In this document: positions 42,066 through 51,871 of the stretch, piece by piece
Layout: each line of letters opens with the position of its first letter
Position numbering within the stretch: position 1 is the stretch's first letter
Origin: Armatimonadia bacterium
GTDB lineage: Bacteria > Armatimonadota > Zipacnadia > Zipacnadales > UBA11051
DNA: 64,000 nt
Reading direction: 5' to 3'
NCBI GenBank assembly: GCA_039683575.1
Contig: JBDKRC010000137.1
Span: forward strand, 1-64,000
The notes under the pieces: model-generated
The model's input: only the letters and a program-made list of their open reading frames with translations
The model's database searches: none
Told to the model about the DNA's origin: nothing
Position numbers and translations under genes: made by a program

Positions 42066-45065
42066 CTAGCGCGGAGCGGCTTCAAGCAGACTCTCGGCTT
42101 GCGTGATGATACGCTCAAGTTCCTCTGCATTGGTGTTGAATTCGCTATAGCTTGTCACGACCGCGTCGGCGGCGGTGAGCACGGCCTGCGCTTGACGCCG
42201 CCACTCGCCCCCTTGTTGGTTGCCCTGTGAGGCGGCGAGTTCCTCAGTTAGGAGGGCCAAGGTATCGTAGTCGTTGAGCCCCTCACGGAATAGCTCCCAG
42301 CGGATCGAGTTCAGGATGCCATCCCTGTTCGGAGTGGGATACAGCATCCAGCCATCCCCGTGGCGGCGAGGCTTGCCGTCAAGGCCCTCGGTCCAGGGGT
42401 CGAGTTCGTTGACTCCCCCGGTGCCGCCCCAGTAATTGATAGACCACCAGATCAGACCGTCGAGACCGACTTTGCGCGCCACCCATGGAAGGATGCGAGC
42501 ATTGATAGCCGGGAGGTCTATGAGAGCGAGCTCATTGTGGTAGGCCCAGAGCTTGCCGCCTGCGGCGTGTATGGCCTGCACCGCACCGGGGCTGAGGTCG
42601 GGGGCACCGAAGTACAGGGCGGGACACCAGAGGTCCACGAGGCCCTGAAGCTCCGGCAGGGGGGAGTTGGAGATGAAGATGGGCAGGTCGGGGGCGGCCT
42701 GCCGGACTAGGCGCGCGAGTTTGGGGAGTTTGTCGCGCAGGACGGCGTCTTTGGCCCAGAACGGCTCGTCCCACAGCCAGAGGGCCGTGCGGTCCATCCA
42801 GCCCTCGCGGCGGAAGACCTCGGCTATCTCCCGGATCCTCGCCTGGAAGCTGGCGGCAAAGGCGGGGTCGTCGGGGTCAAGGTCGAGGTCGCCCCACTTG
42901 CGACGGCCGTCCCAGCCGCCCGCGCCGAGGAACTGCACGGGAAACCACGCGAAGCGCAGGCCGGTGGCGAAGTAGCGCTTACCGGCGGCGGCGATGTCGC
43001 CATCTTCGCCGATCCGGAAGCGCCCGGTGCTGGCGCAGCGGTGGGCGGCAGCGTTTTGGGCGAACTGCTCCCAGGGAATGTTGCCGTACTTGGTCTGATA
43101 TATGCCCCAGCCGTACCAGACATCGGCGGCGACGCGGAGGCGGCTAAGGTCAGGAAGCTCGTACTTGAGCACCCGCAGGCGCAAATCGAAGTCTTCACTG
43201 ACGCCCTCGCCGAGAAGATGGGCTTTGCTCTGATAGACGCCGGGCTTTGCATCGCGTGGGACTGCGACCGTCAGCCAGAAGACAACGTGCGCGGGGCCTG
43301 TGGCGTCCACGGGCGTCGGGGGCAGCAGCGGGTCGGGCCAGTCCCCCGCAAAGGTGGTCTGGTCGGAAGGGGTCTTGATGGTGACGTAGCCGACGTTATT
43401 GAGGCGCAGGCACTGGGCGGACAGCTTGCCCTGTGCCGAGGTGAGCTCGTCGAATTGCAGCCGCAGGCCGCGCAGGGGCATCTGGCGGGGCGTCAGGCCG
43501 ATCTGCAAGGCGCGGGTCTGGTTGCGAGCGGCCTGCAGCTCAAGGACAGGGCGCGGCGCGGTGGGCTCGATGCGATCCGAGGGCAGGACCTTGTAGGTGG
43601 GGCTGAGCGACCAGAGCAGGAAGCGGGGCGTGGCGGCGAGGACCTGGGGGCGCAGCACCTGCACGTCGGCAGTCTGCGGGAGGGCGTAACGGCACTGTGA
43701 GACGGGGCTGCCGGCGGCGAGCAGCTTGACGTAGAGGTCCTGCTTGCCGGTTTCGGCCAGCTTGAGGGGCATCACGAAGGGGGCAGTGCTGACGGACTGT
43801 TCGGTGGTAGTTGTCTCGCCGCTACGCTTGACGGCGCTGCAACGGAGAGTCGTCTGGGCAGCGCCGGTGACGGTACCGCGAAGCTCCTGGCCTTGCAGAG
43901 AGGCGATGGTTAGGCCCGGCGGCTGCTCGCCGAAGATCAGCAGGCCCCATTCGGCGGGATTGCACCAGTCCTTCTGGCGCGCGAAGAGCGAGCAACTGGT
44001 CCCGTGCGGTCGATTCCGACCGACTTGCAGGGCCCATGCGCCGCTCGGGCCGCGGCCGAGGTCGGCGAAGGGAACGGCCATCTCGGCGCTCCAGCCGGTG
44101 GACGTGCGCACGGCGCGCACCTGCCACTTGGGCTCCCACGACAGGTCGAGCTTAGCGGTCCCGTTCTTGTCCCGCGTACCGCGCTGGCTGTACGGCGTCC
44201 CGAGGGGATTGGCGGCGAGTTGGAGGTAGCCGGTCCCGGAACGGTCGGGGTCGAGGAAGACTTCGAAGGAATCGTCGCCCCATACCGGGCCGTCGGGCTG
44301 GGTCTCGCGGGCGATGAGCTTGGCGGGATCGTCGGTGCTCTGCATGGCGAGGTAGAGGCGGGTTGCATCATAGCCTACGCGGAGGGCCACGGGCTGGGCG
44401 CATGGCCGGGCGTCGAAGTCGGCGAAACTGCCGAGGGGCGCAACGGATTTCCAGGCGGGGTCATCGAGTTGGCCGTCAATCGTGGGCGCGGCGGGGAGGC
44501 GGCTGGCGGTGATGAACAGGTCGCGTTCCTGGACCTGTGGCACGTTGTCGGTGAGGGTCACGTTGTCGAGCAGTAGTGCGTGGGCGCGCCCTTCGGAACC
44601 CTCGGCGCGCTTCTGGCCGATCCACAGTCGCGTGATCTGGGCACCGCTGACGGCCTGGCGGAAGCTGCGGGCCAACGGGAGGTCCACGTGGACCCACTGG
44701 TTGAGCTTGGGGCGCAGGGAGGGCATCGCGCCATACTCTTTGCCGTCGGCGGTCGTGACGAGTACCTGGATATAGTACGGCTCGGCGGGGCCGAGGGAGC
44801 AGAAGTCGAAGCTGAGGCAGGAGTCGCGGTCAGTGAACTGCCAGCCTGGGCTGACATAGAGGACGCCTGAGGTGGACTCTGCCTGAAGAGCGGCGCCGGT
44901 CGGACCTGCGGCGAGGCGGTGGGTGAGTTTGACGGCGGCGGGCGAGGAGGTGACCCAACCATCGAGGCCAGTCTCGAAGTCGCAGGTTTTTGCAGGGGCT
45001 GCAAGGGCCGCCACACACGGCAAGATTGCGAGCAGGCTGAACCAGTAGCGGAAGGCTGAGGGCAT
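42066..45065 (-). CDS. DUF4091/GH123-like glycoside hydrolase with CBM9-like domain
   Basis: PTIDGQLDDPAW, DDSFEVFLDP, WSAEMAVPFADL; AARNQ, WPDPL, WDEP, GDGWMLYP, SIRWELFREGLNDY. Confidence 0.8.
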   Translation of the reverse strand: MPSAFRYWFSLLAILPCVAALAAPAKTCDFETGLDGWVTSSPAAVKLTHRLAAGPTGAALQAESTSGVLYVSPGWQFTDRDSCLSFDFCSLGPAEPYYIQVLVTTADGKEYGAMPSLRPKLNQWVHVDLPLARSFRQAVSGAQITRLWIGQKRAEGSEGRAHALLLDNVTLTDNVPQVQERDLFITASRLPAAPTIDGQLDDPAWKSVAPLGSFADFDARPCAQPVALRVGYDATRLYLAMQSTDDPAKLIARETQPDGPVWGDDSFEVFLDPDRSGTGYLQLAANPLGTPYSQRGTRDKNGTAKLDLSWEPKWQVRAVRTSTGWSAEMAVPFADLGRGPSGAWALQVGRNRPHGTSCSLFARQKDWCNPAEWGLLIFGEQPPGLTIASLQGQELRGTVTGAAQTTLRCSAVKRSGETTTTEQSVSTAPFVMPLKLAETGKQDLYVKLLAAGSPVSQCRYALPQTADVQVLRPQVLAATPRFLLWSLSPTYKVLPSDRIEPTAPRPVLELQAARNQTRALQIGLTPRQMPLRGLRLQFDELTSAQGKLSAQCLRLNNVGYVTIKTPSDQTTFAGDWPDPLLPPTPVDATGPAHVVFWLTVAVPRDAKPGVYQSKAHLLGEGVSEDFDLRLRVLKYELPDLSRLRVAADVWYGWGIYQTKYGNIPWEQFAQNAAAHRCASTGRFRIGEDGDIAAAGKRYFATGLRFAWFPVQFLGAGGWDGRRKWGDLDLDPDDPAFAASFQARIREIAEVFRREGWMDRTALWLWDEPFWAKDAVLRDKLPKLARLVRQAAPDLPIFISNSPLPELQGLVDLWCPALYFGAPDLSPGAVQAIHAAGGKLWAYHNELALIDLPAINARILPWVARKVGLDGLIWWSINYWGGTGGVNELDPWTEGLDGKPRRHGDGWMLYPTPNRDGILNSIRWELFREGLNDYDTLALLTEELAASQGNQQGGEWRRQAQAVLTAADAVVTSYSEFNTNAEELERIITQAESLLEAAPR

Positions 45066-45088
45066 CAGGACGTGGCTCCAGTGAGTCT

Positions 45089-46048
45089 TCAGTTGCAGAG
45101 TTCCAGCAGTGTCAGGATGTTCTCGTGCGGTGTCTCGTACGGGATCGCGCCGGTGCCGAGCAGCAGGTTGGGGCGGGTTGAGGCAAGGTGTATGACTTCA
45201 TCTACAGCCTCGCGCATCTGCTCGCGGGTACCGGTGGTGTACAGGCGCGGGTCGAGATTGATGCGAACGCGGACTTCGGGATGTGACTGCATTGCCGCGA
45301 GGAACTGCGCGCGGTTCGTTTCGGCGGGGCAGATGAGGAAGTCAGTGCCAGTCTGCAGCAGGTCCTCGACGATCGGCGCGGTGTCGCCGCCGATGATGCA
45401 CGGGATGGGTACCCCGGCGATGGAGGAGACCTGCTGGATGAGCTGCTTGAGCACCGGAAGCTCTATCTCGCGGAACTGTGACGGCGACAGCAGAGGCGGG
45501 GCGGCGGCGGATTCGAAGAAGGCGACCTGCAGGCCTGCTTCGAGGATTGCTTCACAGTAGCGTATCTGGGCGGGAACGAGGGCCTGAAGGAAACTGGCAA
45601 CCGCTGCCGGTTCGAGAGCGGCGCCCATGACAAGCGTCTCGAGCCCGAGCAGGCTCTGGGCGATGGAGAAGGGGCCACTGACAGGCAGGCGGACGTCAGC
45701 GTCGGGGAACTCGTCCTGCAGCCTACGAGCCACCTTGAGCATCATGGGGACGCGTCCGGCGGTCTGGGGATCGAAGGGGCTCAGGGCGGAGGCGTCGGCA
45801 AGGGACATGATTGGCCGGGTGACGGCAGGGATGCCCGTGCCGGCGGGGCGAGGGATCTCGGCCCCGTAGGCCTCGGCCTCGAGGTTGTAGATGTCTATGC
45901 CGACGACGAGGGGGAAGTGATGGTAGGCGAGGTAGGCAGCGCGATGGGCCCGGTAGATGAGGTCACCGTCCCGGCAGACCTCCCAGGGGGTCAGGCCCAG
46001 GAAGCTGGCGGCATGCTCATAGACTGATAGGGACAGAGGAATTCGCAT
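45089..46048 (-). CDS. Uroporphyrinogen decarboxylase-superfamily protein
   Basis: DIYNLEAEAYG, GRVP, SGPFSIA..L.G.E, LSP..FRE..LP, IPYETP.EN. Confidence 0.8.
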   Translation of the reverse strand: MRIPLSLSVYEHAASFLGLTPWEVCRDGDLIYRAHRAAYLAYHHFPLVVGIDIYNLEAEAYGAEIPRPAGTGIPAVTRPIMSLADASALSPFDPQTAGRVPMMLKVARRLQDEFPDADVRLPVSGPFSIAQSLLGLETLVMGAALEPAAVASFLQALVPAQIRYCEAILEAGLQVAFFESAAAPPLLSPSQFREIELPVLKQLIQQVSSIAGVPIPCIIGGDTAPIVEDLLQTGTDFLICPAETNRAQFLAAMQSHPEVRVRINLDPRLYTTGTREQMREAVDEVIHLASTRPNLLLGTGAIPYETPHENILTLLELCN

Positions 46049-46156
46049 GCTGGGCAATGGTCCGCCAATAATCTGAATCAGCCTGCAAATGCAGCAGGAC
46101 ACTACCTTACTCTAGGCGAAGCAGTTTAGTAACAAGTGTACCAGGAGGGAGATCAG

Positions 46157-46759
46157 ATGAGACGCGGCTTCACGTTGATAGAGTTGCTGGTTGTGATTGC
46201 CATTATCGCCATCCTCGCAGCGATCCTGTTCCCGGTATTCGCCAAGGCGCGAGAGAAGGCGCGGCAGGCATCGTGTCTATCGAACGTTCGCCAACTGCTG
46301 ACCGCAATCCTGTCTTACTCGCAGGACTATGACGAGCGCCTGCCACTCACCCCCGATCCGGGAGCACTCTCCTACCTGTGGTGGGACATCACGCTTCAGC
46401 CGTATATCAAGAACACGCAGATTCTCAAATGCCCAAGCGCGGTAGACCGCCCGGTGGGGTATGGCTTCAACTACCGGCATACACGCGTTGATGGCTGGGG
46501 TGGCGGAATTTCGCTGGGAGAATGCAAGGAGCCTGCGAGCCAGTATATGCTCATGGATGGCTACACACACTGTGTGTACTGCGTCTATTGCTGGCCGACG
46601 GTTGCCAGTGAAGGGCCGTACGGCAACAACTGGTATATCGGCAAGCGCCACAATGACGGGTCAAATGTGGGCTTCATAGATGGTCATGCCAAGTGGCTTA
46701 GCAACAACACCCTGGTCAGTTGGACCTCGGCCAGCCAGGTGGCGTGGATGCATCCGTAG
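46157..46759 (+). CDS. DUF1559 prepilin-type N-terminal cleavage/methylation protein with H-X9-DG motif
   Basis: [72 protein letters not shown]. Confidence 0.93.
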   Translation: MRRGFTLIELLVVIAIIAILAAILFPVFAKAREKARQASCLSNVRQLLTAILSYSQDYDERLPLTPDPGALSYLWWDITLQPYIKNTQILKCPSAVDRPVGYGFNYRHTRVDGWGGGISLGECKEPASQYMLMDGYTHCVYCVYCWPTVASEGPYGNNWYIGKRHNDGSNVGFIDGHAKWLSNNTLVSWTSASQVAWMHP

Positions 46760-46765
46760 GGGCAA

Positions 46766-47545
46766 TCAGCCCTTGCGGCGGGCGATGAGGAGGCAGTTGT
46801 AGGCCCAGCGGGCGGCGCCGGGGAGGCGGGTGAAGAGGTGGCTGAGGGCGATGGTGAGGGCTGGGGGCAGTACGCGCCCGAGCGGCAGGCGATCAGACAT
46901 CACCGCGCTGCCCTCGTAGCGCGCGTGGAGGGGCTGAAAGCCGGCGCCGGCGACGAGTTCACGTAGTCCTCGCAGAGTGAATGCGAACAGGTGCCCGGCG
47001 GCATCGGCCTCCGGGCGCGCTTGTTTCTGGGTGTCATGCGCCGAGTAGCAGGGGAGGGTCTCGCCGCTGCGGGTGGCGTTGGGAGTGGTGACTATCAGGA
47101 GGCCGTTGGGTTTGAGCACCCGGCGGGCCTCGGCGAGGGCCTGCAATGGCTCCGGCAAGTGCTCGAGGAGTTCGAGGAGCAGGACCGCGTCCATCGTCTC
47201 TGAAGCGAAGGGTAGAGCCACAGCGTCACCACAGACAGCGGCGAATGAGCCGGTGGTGTGCTTTTTGAGAGCATAGCCGAGGGCTCTCGGCTCACGGTCG
47301 AGGGCAATCGCTTGCAGGCCGCGCTCGGCAGCGTGGAGGCCGGCATTGGCCTGGGAGGAGCCGACCTCCAACACCCGCGCGCCGGTGGGCAGATGGCGAA
47401 GTGGCTCAAGGGCGGAGTGCAGGCGGCTGCGGTACTTCAGCGCCCACATCGTCCGTGGGTCAGCCGCGTCCAGGTCGCGCAGGTCAAACTCCCTGAGCCA
47501 GGCTTCATAGTCGCTGGCGGGGGTGAGGTCGCGGCTGCTCTTCAT
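46766..47545 (-). CDS. Class I SAM-dependent methyltransferase
   Basis: RVLEVGS, GDAVALPF, LEHLPEP, RVLKPNG.LIVTTPN; start uncertain (47545 or 47554). Confidence 0.85.
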   Translation of the reverse strand: MKSSRDLTPASDYEAWLREFDLRDLDAADPRTMWALKYRSRLHSALEPLRHLPTGARVLEVGSSQANAGLHAAERGLQAIALDREPRALGYALKKHTTGSFAAVCGDAVALPFASETMDAVLLLELLEHLPEPLQALAEARRVLKPNGLLIVTTPNATRSGETLPCYSAHDTQKQARPEADAAGHLFAFTLRGLRELVAGAGFQPLHARYEGSAVMSDRLPLGRVLPPALTIALSHLFTRLPGAARWAYNCLLIARRKG

Positions 47546-47586
47546 GTGACGCATCTTCGCCGCAGGCCGGCGCGCTCCTGCCGCTC

Positions 47587-47615
47587 TTGTAGTAATTGGC
47601 CAAGTGAAATATACT
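47587..47615 (+). promoter_or_regulatory. Sigma-70-type promoter
   Basis: TTGTAG-N17-TATACT, about 135 bp upstream of the ATG at 47751. Confidence 0.55.
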
Positions 47616-47750
47616 GTGACACCGTAGTTTTCGCAGAGAGGTTTCGCCGTGGCCCCGGCGAAGATGTCATTCTCCGGGCGCCCGCGCCGGGACCAGCCGC
47701 GGTGGTAACTCTCTTGCGGTGGATTTTTCGTACCTAGGAGACTGGCTTCC

Positions 47751-48749
47751 ATGGAGATACGCAGTTACCGTCAGGCTGTAGTCAACGGCCTGAAGTGGAT
47801 TTTGACTCAGCAGGATCCCGATGGGTCATTCAAGCCGATCGAGCATGGCATCAACACCTTCCACAAGGTCCCGTACGCTCTGGCTCTGACCGGACAGATG
47901 GAGAGGGGCTCGCGGCTGTGTGCCTGGATTCAGCAGCAGGTCATGGACGAGGAGGGGGACTTCACCCGGCGCTTTGACCGGGAGGGCCCGCTCGCTTCCT
48001 TCTACCATTACGGCAATTCCTGGCTGGTCATGGGCGCGCATCGGCTGGGTCAGTACGGCATGTCCATGCGGGCGGCGGACTTTCTGTCCACCATGCAGCA
48101 CCCGCAGACCGGGGGCTTTCTGACGCTTGGGCCGGAGTCTTCGCTCGACGGCATGCAGGACATGATGAGCAGCGCGCTGGCCGGGCTGGCCATGCTGACC
48201 ACCGGCCGGCTGGCCGAGGCCGAGGCCACGGGCGGGTTCCTGGTGTCAATGTATGACCGGCAGCCGAAGCTGGGCAGCCAGCTGCTGTTTGTGCAGCAGA
48301 AGGGTGACCGGCTGGTGAATGAGTGGCCGGAGGATCAGGCGCAGGCGTTCTCGCTGACGCTTCGCGGCCCGGATCAGTGGTATTTCGTGCCGGGCCTGGC
48401 GGCCGGCTTCCTGGCCAAGCTTTACGATGTAACCGGCAATGAAGACTACCTGCGCGCGGCCCAGGGCTACGTGCAGTTCGCCGACTCGTCGGGTGCCGAC
48501 CGGTATTCCAGCCCCAACTCCTGGTGGCTGGGCTGGGGAGCCGCGATGCTCTATGCGACCACCGGCGTAGCGGCCCACCGCGCAATAGCAGAAGCTGTGT
48601 GTGACCAGATCGTGGAGAGCCAGATGTCGAGTGGCTCGTGGGCAGCAGGCAGCATGGGCTATGAGCCCCCGGCACCGATCATCGACGCTACGGCGGAGGC
48701 GATGGTGGCGCTGGCCGAGATCCTGCAGGCCCTGGTAGTCGGCGAGTAA
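47751..48749 (+). CDS. Hypothetical alpha/alpha-toroid protein (prenyltransferase/squalene cyclase-like repeats)
   Basis: WILTQQDPDGSF, FLSTMQHPQTGGF, LYDVTGNEDYL, SQMSSGSW QW-type repeats. Confidence 0.65.
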   Translation: MEIRSYRQAVVNGLKWILTQQDPDGSFKPIEHGINTFHKVPYALALTGQMERGSRLCAWIQQQVMDEEGDFTRRFDREGPLASFYHYGNSWLVMGAHRLGQYGMSMRAADFLSTMQHPQTGGFLTLGPESSLDGMQDMMSSALAGLAMLTTGRLAEAEATGGFLVSMYDRQPKLGSQLLFVQQKGDRLVNEWPEDQAQAFSLTLRGPDQWYFVPGLAAGFLAKLYDVTGNEDYLRAAQGYVQFADSSGADRYSSPNSWWLGWGAAMLYATTGVAAHRAIAEAVCDQIVESQMSSGSWAAGSMGYEPPAPIIDATAEAMVALAEILQALVVGE

Positions 48750-48877
48750 ACCCATACGGCGGATACTGGCGCTTTTCACGCGCTTGATCACAATGGCGAA
48801 CGGGCGGCCACCACGGCCGCCCCAATGCCGTGCCGGGCGAGAGTCCCGGTCTGCGAAGATTACGGAGGAATAGTCTC

Positions 48878-49981
48878 ATGCCACCCAAGAAGACCGCTGC
48901 CAAGAAGTCCGGCGCCAAGAGCGACCGCCTCGGCTGGGGCATCATCGGCTGCGGAGTGATCGCGCCGACTCACGCCAACGCCGTCCGCGACTCCGGAACT
49001 GCCAACGTCGTCGCCTGCTGTGACGTAGTCCCGGGGCTGGCCAAGCAGTTTGCCGAGAAGTATGCGCCAGGCGCTCGCACCTACACGTCGATGGACGAGA
49101 TGCTGAACGACCCGGAGATCCAGGCCGTGTCCATCTGCACGCCGAGCGGCATGCACTCTCAGTGCTGCATCGCCGCCGCGCAGGCCGGCAAGCACATCCT
49201 GTGCGAAAAGCCGTTGGACATCTCCTTGCAGGCCATTGACGCTGCCATCGCCGCGTGCAAGGAGTATGACGTCAAGCTCTCCGGCGTCTTCCAGCGCCGC
49301 ACGTACGCGTCATCGAAGAAGGTCCGAGAGGCCGTAAAGAGCGGCAAGCTTGGCAAGCTCGTCATCGGCGACGCGTATCAGAAGTACTTCCGCTCACATG
49401 CGTACTACGCGAGCGGTTCGTGGCGCGCCACATGGGAACTGGACGGCGGCGGCGCACTGATGAACCAGGGCGTGCACGGCATTGACCTGTTGCTCTACCT
49501 GATGGGCGACGTCAAGCGCCTGAGCGCATACGCCCGCCGGCTGGTGCGCAATATCGAAGTGGAAGACACCGCAGTGGCGATCGTCGAGTTTGTGAATGGC
49601 GCGGTAGGCGTCATCGAGGGCACGACCTCCGTCACCCCTGGCTATGGCTGCCGCATCGAGATCAGCGGCGACAACGGCACGATCGTCCTGAACGAGGACA
49701 AGATCACGACCTGGGATATCCCGGGCGAGGACAGCGAGGCCGAAGGTGGCGCTGCGAGCAAGAGCACAGCGGCCGACCCGACTGCCCTGACCGCGAGCGG
49801 CCACACCGCGCATGTTATTGACTTGTGTGGCGCGATCCGCGACAACCGTGAGCCGGAGATCCCCGGCAGCGAGGCCCGGCGGGCCGTACAGGTCATCAAG
49901 GCCATCTATAAGTCATCCCGTGAGGGTGGCGCGACGGTTGAGTTCCCGCTGTCGTACTGCGACGATGGTCCTGGGATCTAG
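48878..49981 (+). CDS. Gfo/Idh/MocA-family oxidoreductase
   Basis: GIIGCGVIA, ICTPSGMH, AGKHILCEKP, GGGALMNQGVHGID, VEDT. Confidence 0.93.
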   Translation: MPPKKTAAKKSGAKSDRLGWGIIGCGVIAPTHANAVRDSGTANVVACCDVVPGLAKQFAEKYAPGARTYTSMDEMLNDPEIQAVSICTPSGMHSQCCIAAAQAGKHILCEKPLDISLQAIDAAIAACKEYDVKLSGVFQRRTYASSKKVREAVKSGKLGKLVIGDAYQKYFRSHAYYASGSWRATWELDGGGALMNQGVHGIDLLLYLMGDVKRLSAYARRLVRNIEVEDTAVAIVEFVNGAVGVIEGTTSVTPGYGCRIEISGDNGTIVLNEDKITTWDIPGEDSEAEGGAASKSTAADPTALTASGHTAHVIDLCGAIRDNREPEIPGSEARRAVQVIKAIYKSSREGGATVEFPLSYCDDGPGI

Positions 49982-50001
49982 CTGCGTAGGCAAGTCTACA
50001 G

Positions 50002-50033
50002 ACAGGGCCGGCACCAGAAGGTGCCGGCCCTGT
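50002..50033 (+). terminator. Hairpin/terminator after the oxidoreductase
   Basis: ACAGGGCCGGCACC-agaa-GGTGCCGGCCCTGT. Confidence 0.7.
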
Positions 50034-50060
50034 TGCTTTCCCCGACCAGGCTGGACGGGC

Positions 50061-50095
50061 AAAAAAAAAGGCTCCGGCGGATGCCGGAGCCTTTT
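50061..50095 (-). terminator. Intrinsic terminator of the SLH-porin gene
   Basis: A9-GGCTCCGGC-ggat-GCCGGAGCC-TTTT (U9 tail on the minus strand). Confidence 0.9.
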
Positions 50096-50119
50096 CGTTA
50101 CGTCAGGTCTTCGAAGTGC

Positions 50120-51871
50120 CTAGAAGCCAACGGTGACGCTGGCCTGCAGCAGCTTCTGGTCCTCGGGGCGGGCGACGCTGATCGCGTCAGCGGCGTCCTC
50201 GATCTCGCTGCTCACGTTCTGCTGAGCATAAACGAGGTTGGCGGTGATGCCGTCAGCCAGCTGCTTGCTGGTGCCGATGGCCCACAGCTTGTCGTAGAAG
50301 ACCGGGCCTTCCTTGGCGTCGACGTCAAAGTAGGCGACGGTGAAGGGCATTGAGCCCATCCGGAAGTCCAAGTGACCACCGAGTACGCGATGGTTCGTCA
50401 TGGCCAGCGGGTTGCGCAGCCACTGCTCGAAAGCGGTGGCGGTGACGCCGAGGGCGTTCGCAGCCGCGACGATCTCGCGCTCGTTAGCACCGCGGAACTC
50501 GTAGTACGGGTGCAGGATCGAGTAGACAGCGTCATAGTTTGCATCAACGCTGCTGTAGAAGCCGGTCAGGCGCCAGTCGGTGCCGCGCCAGATGTCGGCC
50601 GAGCCCATGAAGGCGTTGGCACTATCGGGATCGTCACCGAAGATGCCATTGGTCAGCTTCGCGTACTCCATGCGGATGTCGCGACCCCAGATCTGAGCGG
50701 ACAGGTCAGCGCTCCACGCCTCTTCCCTACCCACGCCGTCGGCGAGCCAGTTGACGCCGACATTCCAGGTCGGGCGGGCATAGGCGAGACGAACGCTGCC
50801 ATAGCCATCGTTGTCGCCGTAGAACGAGTTGAAGTTCTCGTCCACGTTGAAGCTAAAGTCGTCGCTCGCCATAGGGGTGAAGACCCCGTCGACGCCGCCA
50901 GCGAACAGATCGAGATCGAAGTTGCTGCCGAAGATGTCGTTGACCTGCATGCGGACGCCCTGCTGGGACTTCCGCTCATTGTCAACGAGCAGGCCCATGC
51001 CGTAGCTCTGGAACTGGCGGCCGATGGTCCACGTCGCGGGCAGCAGGAACTTGCTGTTGACCACTACGTTGGCTTCGTCGATCCACAGGGTCTCGGCGAG
51101 GTTGCCATCAACTGCGGGCATCGAGGTGTCGAACGTACCGGTCTGGGTGGTGTCGATACCGTCGAAGCCGCCCAGCCACTGGTCATCGGTGTCGCGCATC
51201 TTGATCGCGATCCGGCCGGAGACGGAGTCGCTGATCTTGCCCTGCACGCCAACCATCGCGGTGAGGTTGTCGAACTCGTTGTCGAAGTCGACCTTCTCAC
51301 CAGCGGTGCCGATGCGGTAGTCGAGCCAACCAAAGACCTTCGGGCCCTTGGCCTGCTCTTCGAGGTACGCTACGCGCTCGCCGAGCTCAGCAACATCGTC
51401 GCCGAGCAGGTCGAGGTCGCCGCGCAGGTCCTTGAGCTCGTTCTTGAATTCGTCACAGAGCTTGTTGACCAGAGCAGCGATCTTGGCTTCGTCAACGACC
51501 CCTGCGGGTCCCTGATCGCCCTTGTCACCCTTAGCGCCAGGAGCGCCGGGGGCGCCAGGAGCGCCGGGGGCGCCGGGGGCGCCGGGAGCGCCAGCAGCGC
51601 CGATAGCGCCAGTGTCGCCCTTCTCGCCCTTGGCCTGCTGCACGACGTCGAGCAGCCGGCTGATGGCCATCGCGAACTCGTAGCGAGTCATCGCGCGGTC
51701 ACCCTTGAAGGTGCCATCGGGATACCCGATGATGATGCCCCGCTCGACCAGCTGGTTGACGGCGTCATACGCCCAGTGGTCGAAGGGCACGGTCTGCGCC
51801 GGATTGGCCTGCGCGAAGCAGGGGGCCACGGCGATTACGGCCAGGATTGCAACCAGAATCAGTTTACGCAT
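50120..51871 (-). CDS. SLH-domain outer-membrane protein (OmpM/SlpA/SomA-like) with collagen-like stalk
   Basis: Signal peptide; VPFDHWAYDAV..GIIIGYPDGTFKGDRAMTRYEFA SLH; (Gly-X-Y)14; coiled coil EFKNEL..RVAYLE; beta-strand C-domain ending in Phe. Confidence 0.88.
   Translation of the reverse strand: MRKLILVAILAVIAVAPCFAQANPAQTVPFDHWAYDAVNQLVERGIIIGYPDGTFKGDRAMTRYEFAMAISRLLDVVQQAKGEKGDTGAIGAAGAPGAPGAPGAPGAPGAPGAKGDKGDQGPAGVVDEAKIAALVNKLCDEFKNELKDLRGDLDLLGDDVAELGERVAYLEEQAKGPKVFGWLDYRIGTAGEKVDFDNEFDNLTAMVGVQGKISDSVSGRIAIKMRDTDDQWLGGFDGIDTTQTGTFDTSMPAVDGNLAETLWIDEANVVVNSKFLLPATWTIGRQFQSYGMGLLVDNERKSQQGVRMQVNDIFGSNFDLDLFAGGVDGVFTPMASDDFSFNVDENFNSFYGDNDGYGSVRLAYARPTWNVGVNWLADGVGREEAWSADLSAQIWGRDIRMEYAKLTNGIFGDDPDSANAFMGSADIWRGTDWRLTGFYSSVDANYDAVYSILHPYYEFRGANEREIVAAANALGVTATAFEQWLRNPLAMTNHRVLGGHLDFRMGSMPFTVAYFDVDAKEGPVFYDKLWAIGTSKQLADGITANLVYAQQNVSSEIEDAADAISVARPEDQKLLQASVTVGF
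51500..51628 (-). repeat. Collagen-like Gly-X-Y coding repeat (14 triplets, 6 x GAP)
   Basis: GEK GDT GAI GAA (GAP)6 GAK GDK GDQ GPA G. Confidence 0.92.
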
